Source of the DNA: Hemiscyllium ocellatum
Lineage: Eukaryota
Assembly: GCF_020745735.1 (NCBI RefSeq)
Contig: NC_083435.1
Location: 21,017,231 to 21,081,230 of the forward strand
Length of the DNA: 64,000 nucleotides
Direction of reading: 5' to 3'
This document shows, piece after piece, positions 13,658 through 24,290 of this stretch. Position 1 is the stretch's first letter, and each line of letters starts with the position of its first letter. Made by a program: the position numbers and the translations under genes. Below the pieces are notes generated by a model. It did not search any database. It was not told where the DNA came from and worked only from the letters and a program-made list of their open reading frames with translations.

Positions 13658-13684
13658 ACCTGAAAGCAATTATGGAAGGTTTAG
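13658..13684 (+). CDS. Microexon D (27 nt, alternative 21-nt donor; phase 1-1); (D)LKAIMEGL
   Basis: cctttctcctcag|ACCTGAAAGCAATTATGGAAGGTTTAG|gtaaag; the unit-2 copy differs only by synonymous GCA>GCT. Confidence 0.8.
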
Positions 13685-14305
13685 GTAAAGAAATATGCCT
13701 CTATCGTTTGTTAGTACCATTTCAACATTGCTGAATTTGACCAAAAGATCTGTTTTCTTTCTATTTGATTCGATGACTGTATGATCTTATAGAGTCTTTG
13801 ACTTGAACAAATCAAAAGCAAGATTATCACCGTTTCAAACAAGCAAAACGAGTACTGTGAGATCTGCAAGCTAACATGGGTTGGCCGTGAGATAGAATAT
13901 AGAAAAAAAAAGTAATGTAGATTTCCCAATTGAAAGGAAAATTGAAATAAAAGAAATGTTAGGCTCATGAATAGATCGATTTATTTGGCTTTGCAAGCGT
14001 GTGCTGATTTACCATGGGTTTTCCTCATCAACCAAAAGCAAAGGAAGAGTTTTTTTGTGCAGTCATATCTGGAATAATTGGTTACTTGGACCAAACGTAA
14101 GTCTCCTCTGTCATTGTTAACAGTTGTTCGCCATCAGACCACAGTTTCAATGTTTTTTAAAAATCAACTGTATATTCTAAGATGTGATTCAGCAATTAAT
14201 AAGCACTTGGAAAACAACCTGAAAAGTAAAATTTTGAACTAAAATATCATTTTCAGTAACATGCTAGTGGGGTAAAATAGCTTTATAAAGTTTGCTACAA
14301 GCAAC

Positions 14306-17296
14306 TGTAAAGGCACGCAGCTTCAAGGCCTCGGCCTCTCTCTCTCAGCAAAGCACATAAGGGCTGTTTGGCAGTGACTGCTTGAAGGCTCCGTGACGTT
14401 TGTTTAACGGTTTAAATTTGATTTTTTTAAAAAAAATAAGCGCAGAGCGGACCCGGAAGCTGGTGTAGCGCAAGCTTACCTGGGTAAGTTGTTTTCCTAT
14501 AAAGGCGCACAGGAGAGGTAGGTGAACTTGCAGCATGGATTGGTACTTGGGAGTTCGATGTTGTGGCTATTACAGAGACATGGGTAGAACAGGGACAAGA
14601 TTGGTTGTTGCAGGTTCCAGAGTTTAAATGTTTTAGTAGGGTCAGAGGTGGGGGTAAAAGAGGGGGAGGTGTGGCATTGCTTGTCAAAGATAGTATAACA
14701 GCAGTGGAAAGGACGATGGATGAAGACTCGACATCTGAGGTAGTTTGGGCTGAGCATAGAAATAGGAAAGATGAGGTCACCCTGTTAGGAGTTTTCTACA
14801 GGCCTCCTAATAGTCCTCGAGACGTAGAAGAAAGGATTGCGAGGATGATTCAGGAGAAGAGTGCAAGTAATAAGGTGGTTGTTATGGGGGAACTTTAACT
14901 TTCCAGATATTGACTGGGAAAGCTATAGCTCGAGTATGTTAGATGGGTCGGTGTTTGTCCAATGTGTGCAGGAGGGTTTCCTGACACAATATGTAGACAG
15001 GCCAACAAGAGATGAGGCCATACTGGATTTGGTTCTGGGTAACGAACCAGGCCAGGTGTTAGAATTGGAGGTAGGTGAGCACTTTGGGGACAGTGACCAC
15101 AATTCGGTGACTTTTACTCTTGTGATGGAGAGGGATAAGTGCGCACTACAGGGCAAGAGTTATAGCTGGGGGCAGGGAAATTATGATGCGGTGAGGCATG
15201 ACTTAGGATGCGTGGCTTGGAAAAGTAGGCTTCAAGGGAAGGGTGCAATCGATGTGTGGAGCTTGTTCAAGGAGTATCCTTGATAAGTATGTATCTGTCA
15301 GGCGGGGAGGAAAGAGTCGTGTGAGGGAGCCGTGGTTTAATAAGGAATTCGAATCCCTTGTTTAAGGGAAGAGGGCGGACTGAGTAAAGATGAGGCGTGA
15401 ACGTTCAATTGGGGCGATTGAGAGTTATAAGGTAGCCAGGAAGGTTCTAAAGAGTGAGCTAAGAGCAGCAAGGAGGGGACATAAAAAGTCCTTGGTTGAT
15501 AGGATTAGGGAAAACCCAAAGGCTTTCTATAGGTATGTCAAGAATAAAAGGATGACTAGGGTAGGATTAGGTCCCATCAAGGATAGTAGTGGGAAGTTGG
15601 GTGTGGAGGCTGAAGAAATTGGGGAGACACTGAATGAATACTTTTCGTCAGCATTCACTCAGGAACAGGACATTGTTGCTGATGTGAATATTGAGTCACA
15701 ATTAATTAGAATGGATGGCTTTGAGATATGTAGGGAAGAGCTGTTGGAAATTCTGGAAAGGGTGAATGTAGATAAGTCCCCTGGACCTGATGGCATTTAT
15801 CCTAGGATTCTCTGGGAAGCAAGGGAGGAGATTGCAGAGCAATTGGCCTTAGTTTTTATGTCCTCGTTGTCTACAGGAATAGTGCCAGAAGAATGGAGGA
15901 TAGCGAATGTGGTTCTCTTGTTCAGGAAGGGGAGTAGGGATAACCCTAGTAACTATAGACAACAGTCTTACCTCTGTTGTGGGCAAAGTCTTACAGAGAA
16001 TTGTAAGGGATAGGATTTATGAACATCTGGATAGGAATAATGTGATCAAGGATGGTCAGGGTGGTTTTGTGAAGGGCAGGTCCTGCCTCACGAACCTTAT
16101 TGAATTCTTTGAGAAAGGGACTAAGGCGGTGGACGAGGGTAAAGCGGTTGATGTGGTGTGTATGGATTTTAGTAAGGCATTTGATAAGGTTTCCCATGGT
16201 AGGCTACTGGAAAAATTAGGAGGTATGACATTGAGGGGGAGTTGGAGGTTTGGATTAGGAATTGGCTGGCTGGAAGAAGACAGAAGGTAGTAGTTGATCG
16301 TAAAGGTTCATCTTGGAGGGCAGTTACCAGCGGTGTTCCGCAAGGATTTGTTTTGGGACCATTACTGTTTGTCATTTTTATGGATGACCTGGAGGAGGGG
16401 CTAGAAGGTTGTGTGAGCAAGTTTGCGGATGGTACGAAAGTCGGTGGAGTTGTTGACAGTGAGGAAGAATGTGAACAGGTTACAGCGGGATATAGATAAG
16501 CTGCAGAGCTGGGCAGAAAGGTGGCAAATGGAGTTCAATGTCGCTAAGAGTGAAGTGATTCATTTTGGTAAGAGTACCAAGAAGATGGAGTACTGGGCTA
16601 ATGGTCAGATACTTGGTAGTGTGGATGAGCAGAGGGATCTTGGTGTCCATGTACACAGATCTCTGAAAGTTGCCACCCAGGTAAATAGTGCTGTGAAGAA
16701 GGCATATGGTGTACTGGCTTTTATTGGTAGAGGAATTGAGTTCCGGAGTCCTGAGGTCATGTTGCAGTTGTATAAGACTCTGGTGCGGCCGCATCTGGAG
16801 TATTGTGTGCAGTTTTGGTCGCCATGCTGTCCGAAGGATGTGCAGGCACTGGAACAGGTGCAGAGGAGGTTGAAAAGGATGTTGCCTGGTATGGTAGGAA
16901 GATCGTATGAGGAAAGGCTGAGGCACTTGGGGCTGTTTTCATTAGAGAGAAGAAGGATTAGGGTTGACTTGATAGAGGTGTACAAGATGATTAGGGGTTT
17001 AGATAGGATTGACCATGAGAACCTTTTTCTACGTATGGAGTCAGATATTACGAGGGGGCATAGCTTTAAATTAAGGGGAGGTAGGTATAGGACAGACGTT
17101 AGGGGTAGATTCTTTACTCAGCGAGTCGTGAGTTCATGGAATGTCCTGCCAGTAACAGTGGTGGACTCTCCCTCTTTATGGGCATTTAAACGGGCATTGG
17201 ATAGGCATATGGAAGAAAGTGGGCTAGGATCGGCGCAACATCGAGGGCCGTAGGGCCTGTACTGCGCTGTATTTTCTATGTTCTATACTCTATGTT
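14306..17296 (+). mobile_element. CR1 LINE with near-complete but disrupted ORF2 (APE endonuclease + RT); unit-1-specific
   Basis: EN motifs (DVVAITETW, GVFYRPP, NFNFPDIDW, LDLVL, SDHN) and RT motifs (KSPGPDGI, DFSKAFDKV, SGVPQG..LGPLLF; FADD decayed to FADG); several frameshifts and stops; (ttctatg)n tail; caac direct repeat at both ends; empty site in unit 2 at ~46303. Confidence 0.96.
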
Positions 17297-17335
17297 CAAC
17301 ACATTAAACATATCTGTGGAGGGGGCTATGTTCCC

Positions 17336-17339
<4 letters not shown>

Positions 17340-17375
<36 letters not shown>

Positions 17376-17401
17376 ACAAATACACACACACACATACACA
17401 C
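17340..17401 (+). repeat. (CA)n microsatellite, interrupted; much shorter in unit 2 (~46343-46362)
   Basis: Direct reading of the sequence. Confidence 0.95.
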
Positions 17402-17789
17402 TTCGCAAGCAAAAACTAGTCATATTGTGAGATGAAATATAATGAAAAATTGCTTTATACAGTCTTTGAAAATATACAATAAATGCTGTGGTTTGAGTTG
17501 TAAGTATGTTTGGATAATGTTACTAGTAATCAGATTATTTCCAGCAGACAAAAAGTCTTGAACCTTCAATTCTTTGGAGCTAAATTCTGAGTAAATTGAG
17601 ATCCCCTTGTTAAAACCACTTGTCCAGTAACCTTAAGGAGTGCTAAACATCAAACATCACGTCAGAACTTATAATGAAGTTGACAAAGCCACAATGCCTG
17701 TCTCGGACGACTTCATCAATCATATGATACACGCAATTCAGATGAATGAGGACCAGAATATATCCAGAATACATCCAGCATAGGACCAG

Positions 17790-17862
17790 CGATACGTCGA
17801 TTTCACTGCACTTTCGATGCTGCCTGAACTGTTGTGCTCTTCCAGCACCAATGATCCAGAAT
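17790..17862 (+). mobile_element. Penelope pLTR 3' fragment
   Basis: acgtcgatttcactgcactttcgatgctgcctgaactgttgtgctcttccagcacca matches 47360-47415. Confidence 0.8.
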
Positions 17863-18029
17863 ATATCTTCCTGTATAGAAGAAGGCGATGTTTCGATAGT
17901 TGATGCAGCATGGTCTACTTTCCTTCTTAAATTGTTGTTTTATTTTCCTGTCTGAATTTGTATAGCTTAAGCTTCTTTGTGTGTGCTGTTCTTTTTATGC
18001 CTAAGTCTGTACCATTCACTTATTTTGAA

Positions 18030-18950
18030 GATTTATTTTCATATCCATTCATGGAATGTGAACATTGTTGGTGGGCCACCATTTACTGCTGATCGCCAGT
18101 TACACTTGAGAAGGTGGGGATGACCAGTCTTCTTGAACCGTTGCAGTATATCTGCTGCAGTTGATCCACAATGGTATTATTGAGCGAATTCTGGGGTTTT
18201 CACCCAGCGACAATGAAGGAATGATGGTATATTGCCAAATCAGAATGATTGCTAGCTTAAAGTGAAACTTCCAAGTGGAGAAGTTCCTATATATTGGGTT
18301 CCTTTTTTACTTCAAGATGGAAATCGTCATGATTTGATAGGTGCTATCTGAAGATCATTGATAAATTTCTTCAAAGCGTCTTGAAGTTTGGGAACACTGT
18401 TGCTACTGAACGTTGGTGATTTAAGTGTGGATGCATGTACTATAATGCTTTGTCTTGGATTCTGCCAAGCTACTTGAGTATTATTGGAGCTGCACTCACC
18501 CAGTTAAATGGGAAGTATTCTAATGCACTCCGGACTTATTCCTTGTCGATGATGTGCACATATGAACACTCAGGAAGTGAGGCACTTGCCAAAACGTTCT
18601 TAGTCTTTGACCTGCTCTTGCAGCCACGGTGCTGATGTGGTGTGTCCGTTTGAGGTTCTGGTCAATGGTAACTCGAGGGATGTTAATAGTAGGATCTGTG
18701 ACAGTAACACGAATGAATGTCAAAGGGCTGTCTTCAGATTGATTGCTATTGGTGATGATCATAGCCAGGCATTTTAATGCCGAAAATATTACGTCCTACG
18801 TTTCAACTAAACCTGATATCATCCAGATCTTGCTGTATTATAACATAGCCTGCTTCAGTATCTGAACATTTTCAAATGTTTCAAAACATTGCGCAGTCAT
18901 CAGAGATCATTCCTTCTTCTGACCTTACGGTGGAGGAAAGATGTTGGAAT
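18030..18950 (-). mobile_element. Old LINE 3' region (CR1/L2 superfamily), unit 1 only
   Basis: Minus ORF 18520-18762 (INIPRVTIDQNLKRTHHISTVAARAGQRL) matches the C-terminal RT region of non-LTR elements; heavily decayed. Confidence 0.7.
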
Positions 18951-20511
18951 ACAGTAAAAATCGCAGATATTACTGTTTTCTATCTGTTTATTTATTGTTT
19001 TTATCGTAATGGTTATCAGTTACCTTTCATACACCGTTTCAAAAACAAGGAGCACGGATCAGTCTGGATTCCTCACGATGGATTCATATTTGGGAATCTC
19101 TTGAAGTCGTAATTTTCTGCTTTGCTTTGAGATTTATGTTGTTCATGTTCCAACATGGGTAGAGCAGGAAAAAAATATCAGTTTCACCATCAATGCATTC
19201 ATAATACAATGAATTCAAAATTTCAAGAGTGTTTAAAATTGCTTACTTGTTCCTATCAAGACTTTACAAATACCAAATTCTAAACACCATGTCTCAAATT
19301 TAAACAACCATTCGCAATATATTATTGTGAAAGATTATTTAGCAGAACAAAGAGAAACTACACAATACTGTAAATTGTGTGAAGGTCTAGTTTCTTTTTT
19401 CGTGAAACTCATTCACAAAGAGAGCGGCAGAAGTTCATACAAATACAGTTAAGGGATAATTAATAAAAGGAAATAAAATAATGCCAATTTGCCAGTTCAG
19501 CAACATTGTCAGTGATGAAAACTGTGCATTTATGAAATCTTTGGACAATTGTTGCATTGCATGCAAATGCAGTGCATATTTTGCTTGAATTCCAAGGTCA
19601 CTGGTCAATGTGAAAACTAACTCGGGATCTCTGGAGACTTTTATTTTTTACTGACTGAAATGCTTTCATGAAAAATTTCAAAAAAGCCCACAACTGCTAA
19701 GTAACAACAGAGAGCATAAACAAAAACAAAGAGTCCCGAGCAAACAAAACTGTCTGCTGCCCAAAGCACAATCGGCGCCAACTCCCTTTCCATTTCATCG
19801 CTTGCTGTGCTTCACTGTCGAGCGCGAATCCTGCTCGACTGACCAATTTTACTTTCACTGTTAATACTAAAATAAATTTTATATCGAAATTGCAAAATGC
19901 AACGTCAAACCAAAATTGAGATAAATAGCAGAAAAAAATGCGATAGTCTCAACTCGGCTGACCACATCTTGACAAGGAAATAGAGTGCTCAGCTATGCTT
20001 TCGTTTACAAATTGTCCGATGTCTTCAAGAAAAGAAAATCAGTTTGTTGGAGGGATGTTTTAAACAGAAGTCTTAGTCCTATGTCCAATCGTTCTTTATC
20101 TGGTGCTCTTAGTCCAGCAGCTGAGAACAGATCACTGGAGGCAGTCTTCAACACAATCAAATATCCCAAAACCATACGGGATCTTTACTTATTCTGTGTT
20201 ATAATGATTACATGAAAGCTATTCCCTTCCCAGACGTTTGAGGGCAGCATCAAACTGAGTAGGTGTCACTTGCTAACTTGTGAAGTTGTGATTGTGTTCC
20301 CGAGGTAATAATGCTTAAAAGAGTTTCTGAATGACCTTTTCACAATATTATCAGTTTTCCAATGCCCTTTCGCAAAGTGTTTTCTTTATACTTGATTAGA
20401 CGCTGTTCTGTCCGTGGTGTTTGGGCCGTTCATTATGTGTCATTTTGTCTTTGGTGTTTACGTTATTTGTCCTTCAAACTCAGGTGGGATGATTGCATCC
20501 CACTACAATCT

Positions 20512-21860
20512 AGGGAACAGAGGAGGTTGAGCAATTTATCAACTTCACCAATACATTCCAGCCTGTCCTTAAATGTACCTGGACCATCTCTGACACCTCC
20601 CACCCCTTCCTGGACCACTCCATCTCCATTAATGACGGCCGACCAGACATGGACATTTTTTTACAAACCCACTGACTCCCACAGCTATCTGGATTACACC
20701 TCTTCCCACCCTACCTCTTGCAAAAATGCCATCACGTATTCCCAATTCCTCCGCCTCTGCCGTATCTGCTCCCAGGAGGACCAGTTCCACCATAGAATAC
20801 AGCAGATGGCCTCCTTCTTTAGAGACCGCAATTTCCCTTCCCACACAGTTAAAAATGCCCTCCAATGCATCTCATCCACATCCCGCACCTCCGCCCTCAG
20901 ACCTCACCCCTCCAACCGTCATAAGGACAGAACGCCACTGGTGCATACCTTCCAACCCACAAACCTTCACATAAACCAAATCATCCGCCGATATTTCTGC
21001 CACCTCCAAAAAGAGGGCACTACCTGGGATAAATTTTCCTCCCCAGCCCTTTCCATCTTCTGCAAAGACCGTTCCCTTGGTGACTAACTGGTCAGGTCCA
21101 CGTCCCCCCAAAACCCACCCTTCCATCCTGGCACTTTCTCCTGCCACCAAAGGAACAGTAAAACCTGTGCCCACACCTCCTCCCTCACCAGTATCCAAGG
21201 CCTTAAAGGAGCCTTCCACATCCATCAAAGTTTTACCTGCACATCCACTAATATCATGTATTGTATCCGTTGCTCCCGATGCGGTCTCCTCTACATTGGG
21301 GAGACTGGGCGCCTCCTAGCAGAGCACTTTTGGGAAGACCCACATCAATCAACCACAACAGCCCGTGGCCCAATATTTCAACTCCCCCTCCCACTCTCCC
21401 GAACACATGGAGTTCCTTGGCCTCCATCACCACCGCTCCCTCACCATCAGACGCCTGGAGGAATAACGCCTCATCTTCCGCCTCAGAACACTTCAACCCC
21501 AGGGCATCAATGTGGACTTCAACAGTTTCCTCATTTCCCCTTTCCCCACTTCACCCTAGTTCCAAACTTCCAGCTCAGCACTGTCCCCATGACTTGTGCG
21601 GACTTGTCCTACCTGCCTATCTTCTTTTCGACCTATACACTCCACCCTCGTCTCTCTGACCTGCCACCTTCATCCCCTCCCCCACTCACCCATTGTACTC
21701 TATGCTACTTTCTTCCCACCCCCATCCTCCTCTAGCTTATCTCTCCACGCTTCAGGGTCACTGCCTTTATTCCTGATGAAGGGTTTTTGTCCGAAACGTC
21801 GATTTCGCTGCTCGTTGGATGTTGCCTGAACTGCTGTGCTCTTCCAGCACCACTAATCCA
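20512..21860 (+). mobile_element. Penelope-like element, internally deleted (RT C-terminus, GIY-YIG, 3' pseudo-LTR)
   Basis: FYKPTDSHSYLDYTSSHP and YSQFLRL RT-thumb motifs; YCIRCSRCGLLYIGETGR GIY-YIG motif; flanked by ctacaatcta direct repeats. Confidence 0.93.
21769..21804 (+). ncRNA. Minimal hammerhead ribozyme motif in Penelope 3' pLTR (unit 1)
   Basis: attc-CTGATGA-a-gggt-tttt-gtcc-GAAA-CGTC-gatt; core intact, stem II weakened to two G-U pairs. Confidence 0.65.
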
Positions 21861-22369
21861 CTACAATCTACAGTCTTGTGTTTAAATTCATTAATATTTG
21901 TTTATTAGTGACAATTATAATACATCGATATCACACCTATAGTATGTAACGGCAGTTATTTTAAAAGCCTTTGAAAATTGTATGATCAGATGTTCCCTTC
22001 TACAGTTGACGAAATATCTAGTTTACACCTACCCAATACACAATTGCTATAAAGCGCGTCATTATCTTATCTAGTTGTCATTACTATGAAGACTGGCATT
22101 CTGACTGTGGAAACTGCTGTCTCAACTAACAATTCTTCTCAACAGTGAACAGGTACCAGCACAAGTCATGACCATTTAAATGCTATTGAATTATTCTCTT
22201 TCAAACAATTTCGGCGTGATTCCTTGAGTAGGCATTTTCTTTAGTATCGGCCTTGAGCTTCAGCAAATTTTATTCTTTATTTTCATGCTTGTGTATTTAT
22301 GTCAACTAAAGAAGTTTTTAAATTGTGTTTTTCTATCCAAGATGTGGTTAAAACTGACCATCTGACGAA

Positions 22370-22720
22370 TTCTAAAACCGTGGAGGGAACGGTTAGACTA
22401 AATAGACAAGTTTTTTTTCCTTGGGTTGGAAAAGTTCAGAATTAGCGGGAATAGGTTTATGGTGAGACACGAAAACGTTTATAAGGGACCTAAGAAGCAA
22501 CATTTGCACACAAAGGGTGGTCGTGTATGCAGCAGGTTGAGAGAGGACGTTGTGGAGGCTGGTACAATTACAGCATTCAAAGTGTATTTGGAAGGTCACA
22601 GGAAGAGTTTAGAGGGATATGAGCCAAGTGCTTGCAAATGGAACTAATTTAATATAACTGGTCAGCATAGATAGGTAGTGCCGAAGGGTCTGTTGCTGTG
22701 CTATACATCTGTATGACTTG
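22370..22720 (+). mobile_element. CR1 3' fragment (unit-2 copy ~51480-51820)
   Basis: LREDVVEAGTITAFKVYLE C-terminal motif and CR1-type 3' UTR. Confidence 0.75.
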
Positions 22721-22959
22721 ACGAGTTCACAAACACATTTTTCCGCGTTGTTCCTCACGACAGTCCTGGCGATGTCAATGTTCAAGCCCAATCATCAGGA
22801 TGCAGGAATTATGGTACAGTTAGCATTATTTAAAACAACGATGTGCAAATTGAGTTAGTTGTTAAACAGCTTCTAGATTAACTTTCAAATTGTGATCTTG
22901 CAATATCTTTAGTCCAGGTTTGGTAACATCATCATGCAAATGGTGATGAGTCGATGAAA

Positions 22960-23155
22960 TAAGCTGTCAGAGGAAATCGTGGAGGCCCATGCAATTTTAA
23001 CATTTAAAGGGCATCTGACTGGCTATATGAACAGAAAGAGTTGAGAAGGATATGGGCGAAATGCTATCAAATGGGACTAGATTAATTTAAGGTGTCTGGT
23101 CAGCATGGACGAGCTGGACCAAAGCCTTTTTCCATGCTGTGCAGTTCTGACTATA
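22960..23155 (+). mobile_element. CR1 3' fragment (unit-2 copy ~52055-52255)
   Basis: caattttaacatttaaagggcatctg...ggtcagcatggacgagctggacc CR1 3' end. Confidence 0.7.
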
Positions 23156-24263
23156 CATAGGTGACCTGTCAAGCACATATTAATCTGACGTTTGAATCAG
23201 TGAAGAATTAAATGTAGAAATATAATTACCGTCATCTATGATGCCTTCCTGTTGCTTGTCTTTATTATTCTGACAGAATAATGTATTAATTATATGGAAA
23301 CTGTGCTGTGCACAGGCGAAAGTAGAATAATGTCTCTTGTTCTCATTTTACCTATTTGATATATGAAACCAAATGGCGCCTATCCTGAACTGGAAAGCAA
23401 GATCAAGACTGGCATCGAAATTTCCCAGATTATACTTTCTCCCTTTGACATGGTAATATGTATGAAACCACAATTAGAATGATTCGTTCATGTGCAAACT
23501 CAATAGGAGACGGGAGCCCGAGCTCAGATGTTGGTACTGTTCGAACATTCGAACTCAGATGTTCGAATAAAATCGATCTGGAAGTGATGCATCGTTTTTC
23601 TTTTCGTTTCTGAAACGAGGCTACAGGTCACCCAAGAATCTTTTATGGAACACAAAGCAACGCCTACGTACAGAAAGGTCAAGTGTAGACTCTCGTTACC
23701 AGTGGAACTTCTATTTCTCTTCTTGGTCATTAAGTTGACTCAGTCGAAAGAAGCGAGTCTCAGTGGAGGTGGTGACATCAAGATGAATCTTGATTATTGA
23801 TGTGACAGAATTGTTTTTCTTCTTCTGTGACTGTCGTTCCTTTTGGTCACGGGCAACTGTTCAACAAGTACGAGAATACTTAAAAATGTGTTTCTTCAAT
23901 CACAAACCTACTGCCTCTCTAGCACTTGGGTCTCCAGTTATTTGACAGACTTTGTCTGAGTTGTGCATTGTCTGGATAGAAACATTTTATCCTGAAAGCA
24001 AGATGACTGCATGGCAATTTGACTGCTCAACAAGGGTAACTATTTTCCATCGAATGACCTTATATAGCATTTGTATTCCAAAACATGTCTCCAAACATTA
24101 TCATGGGTTCAGATTCGTCAGTATAGCTGTTCAATTGCACAGCCCAATACTCATTGTCTACTGATTTCAGCAACAGCCATATCTGAATGAATCCTTTGGA
24201 CAGGAAGTAAAAATGCAAGCAACATTGTTATTCCATATGTAACGAATGAATCTCCCTTCACAG

Positions 24264-24290
24264 AGGAAAGTCTTGAATCAAAGTTGGAAG
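24264..24290 (+). CDS. Microexon E (27 nt, phase 1-1); (E)ESLESKLE
   Basis: tctcccttcacag|AGGAAAGTCTTGAATCAAAGTTGGAAG|gtgaga; identical in unit 2. Confidence 0.85.

Noticed and set aside
14063-14096. Exon-like segment tttgtgcag|TCATATCTGG...GACCAAAC|gtaagt (34 nt) with two apparently synonymous differences in unit 2
   Set aside because: Length is not 3n, so it would break the D-E frame, and it lies in what looks like an old Penelope remnant (nearby gtgattcagcaatt..cacttg = DSAI..HL).
16423-17253. Longest ORFs (276 aa here; 241 aa at 20362; 205-220 aa near 49300-50400) as host genes
   Set aside because: They are CR1 or Penelope ORF fragments, or their antisense shadows, with broken catalytic motifs.
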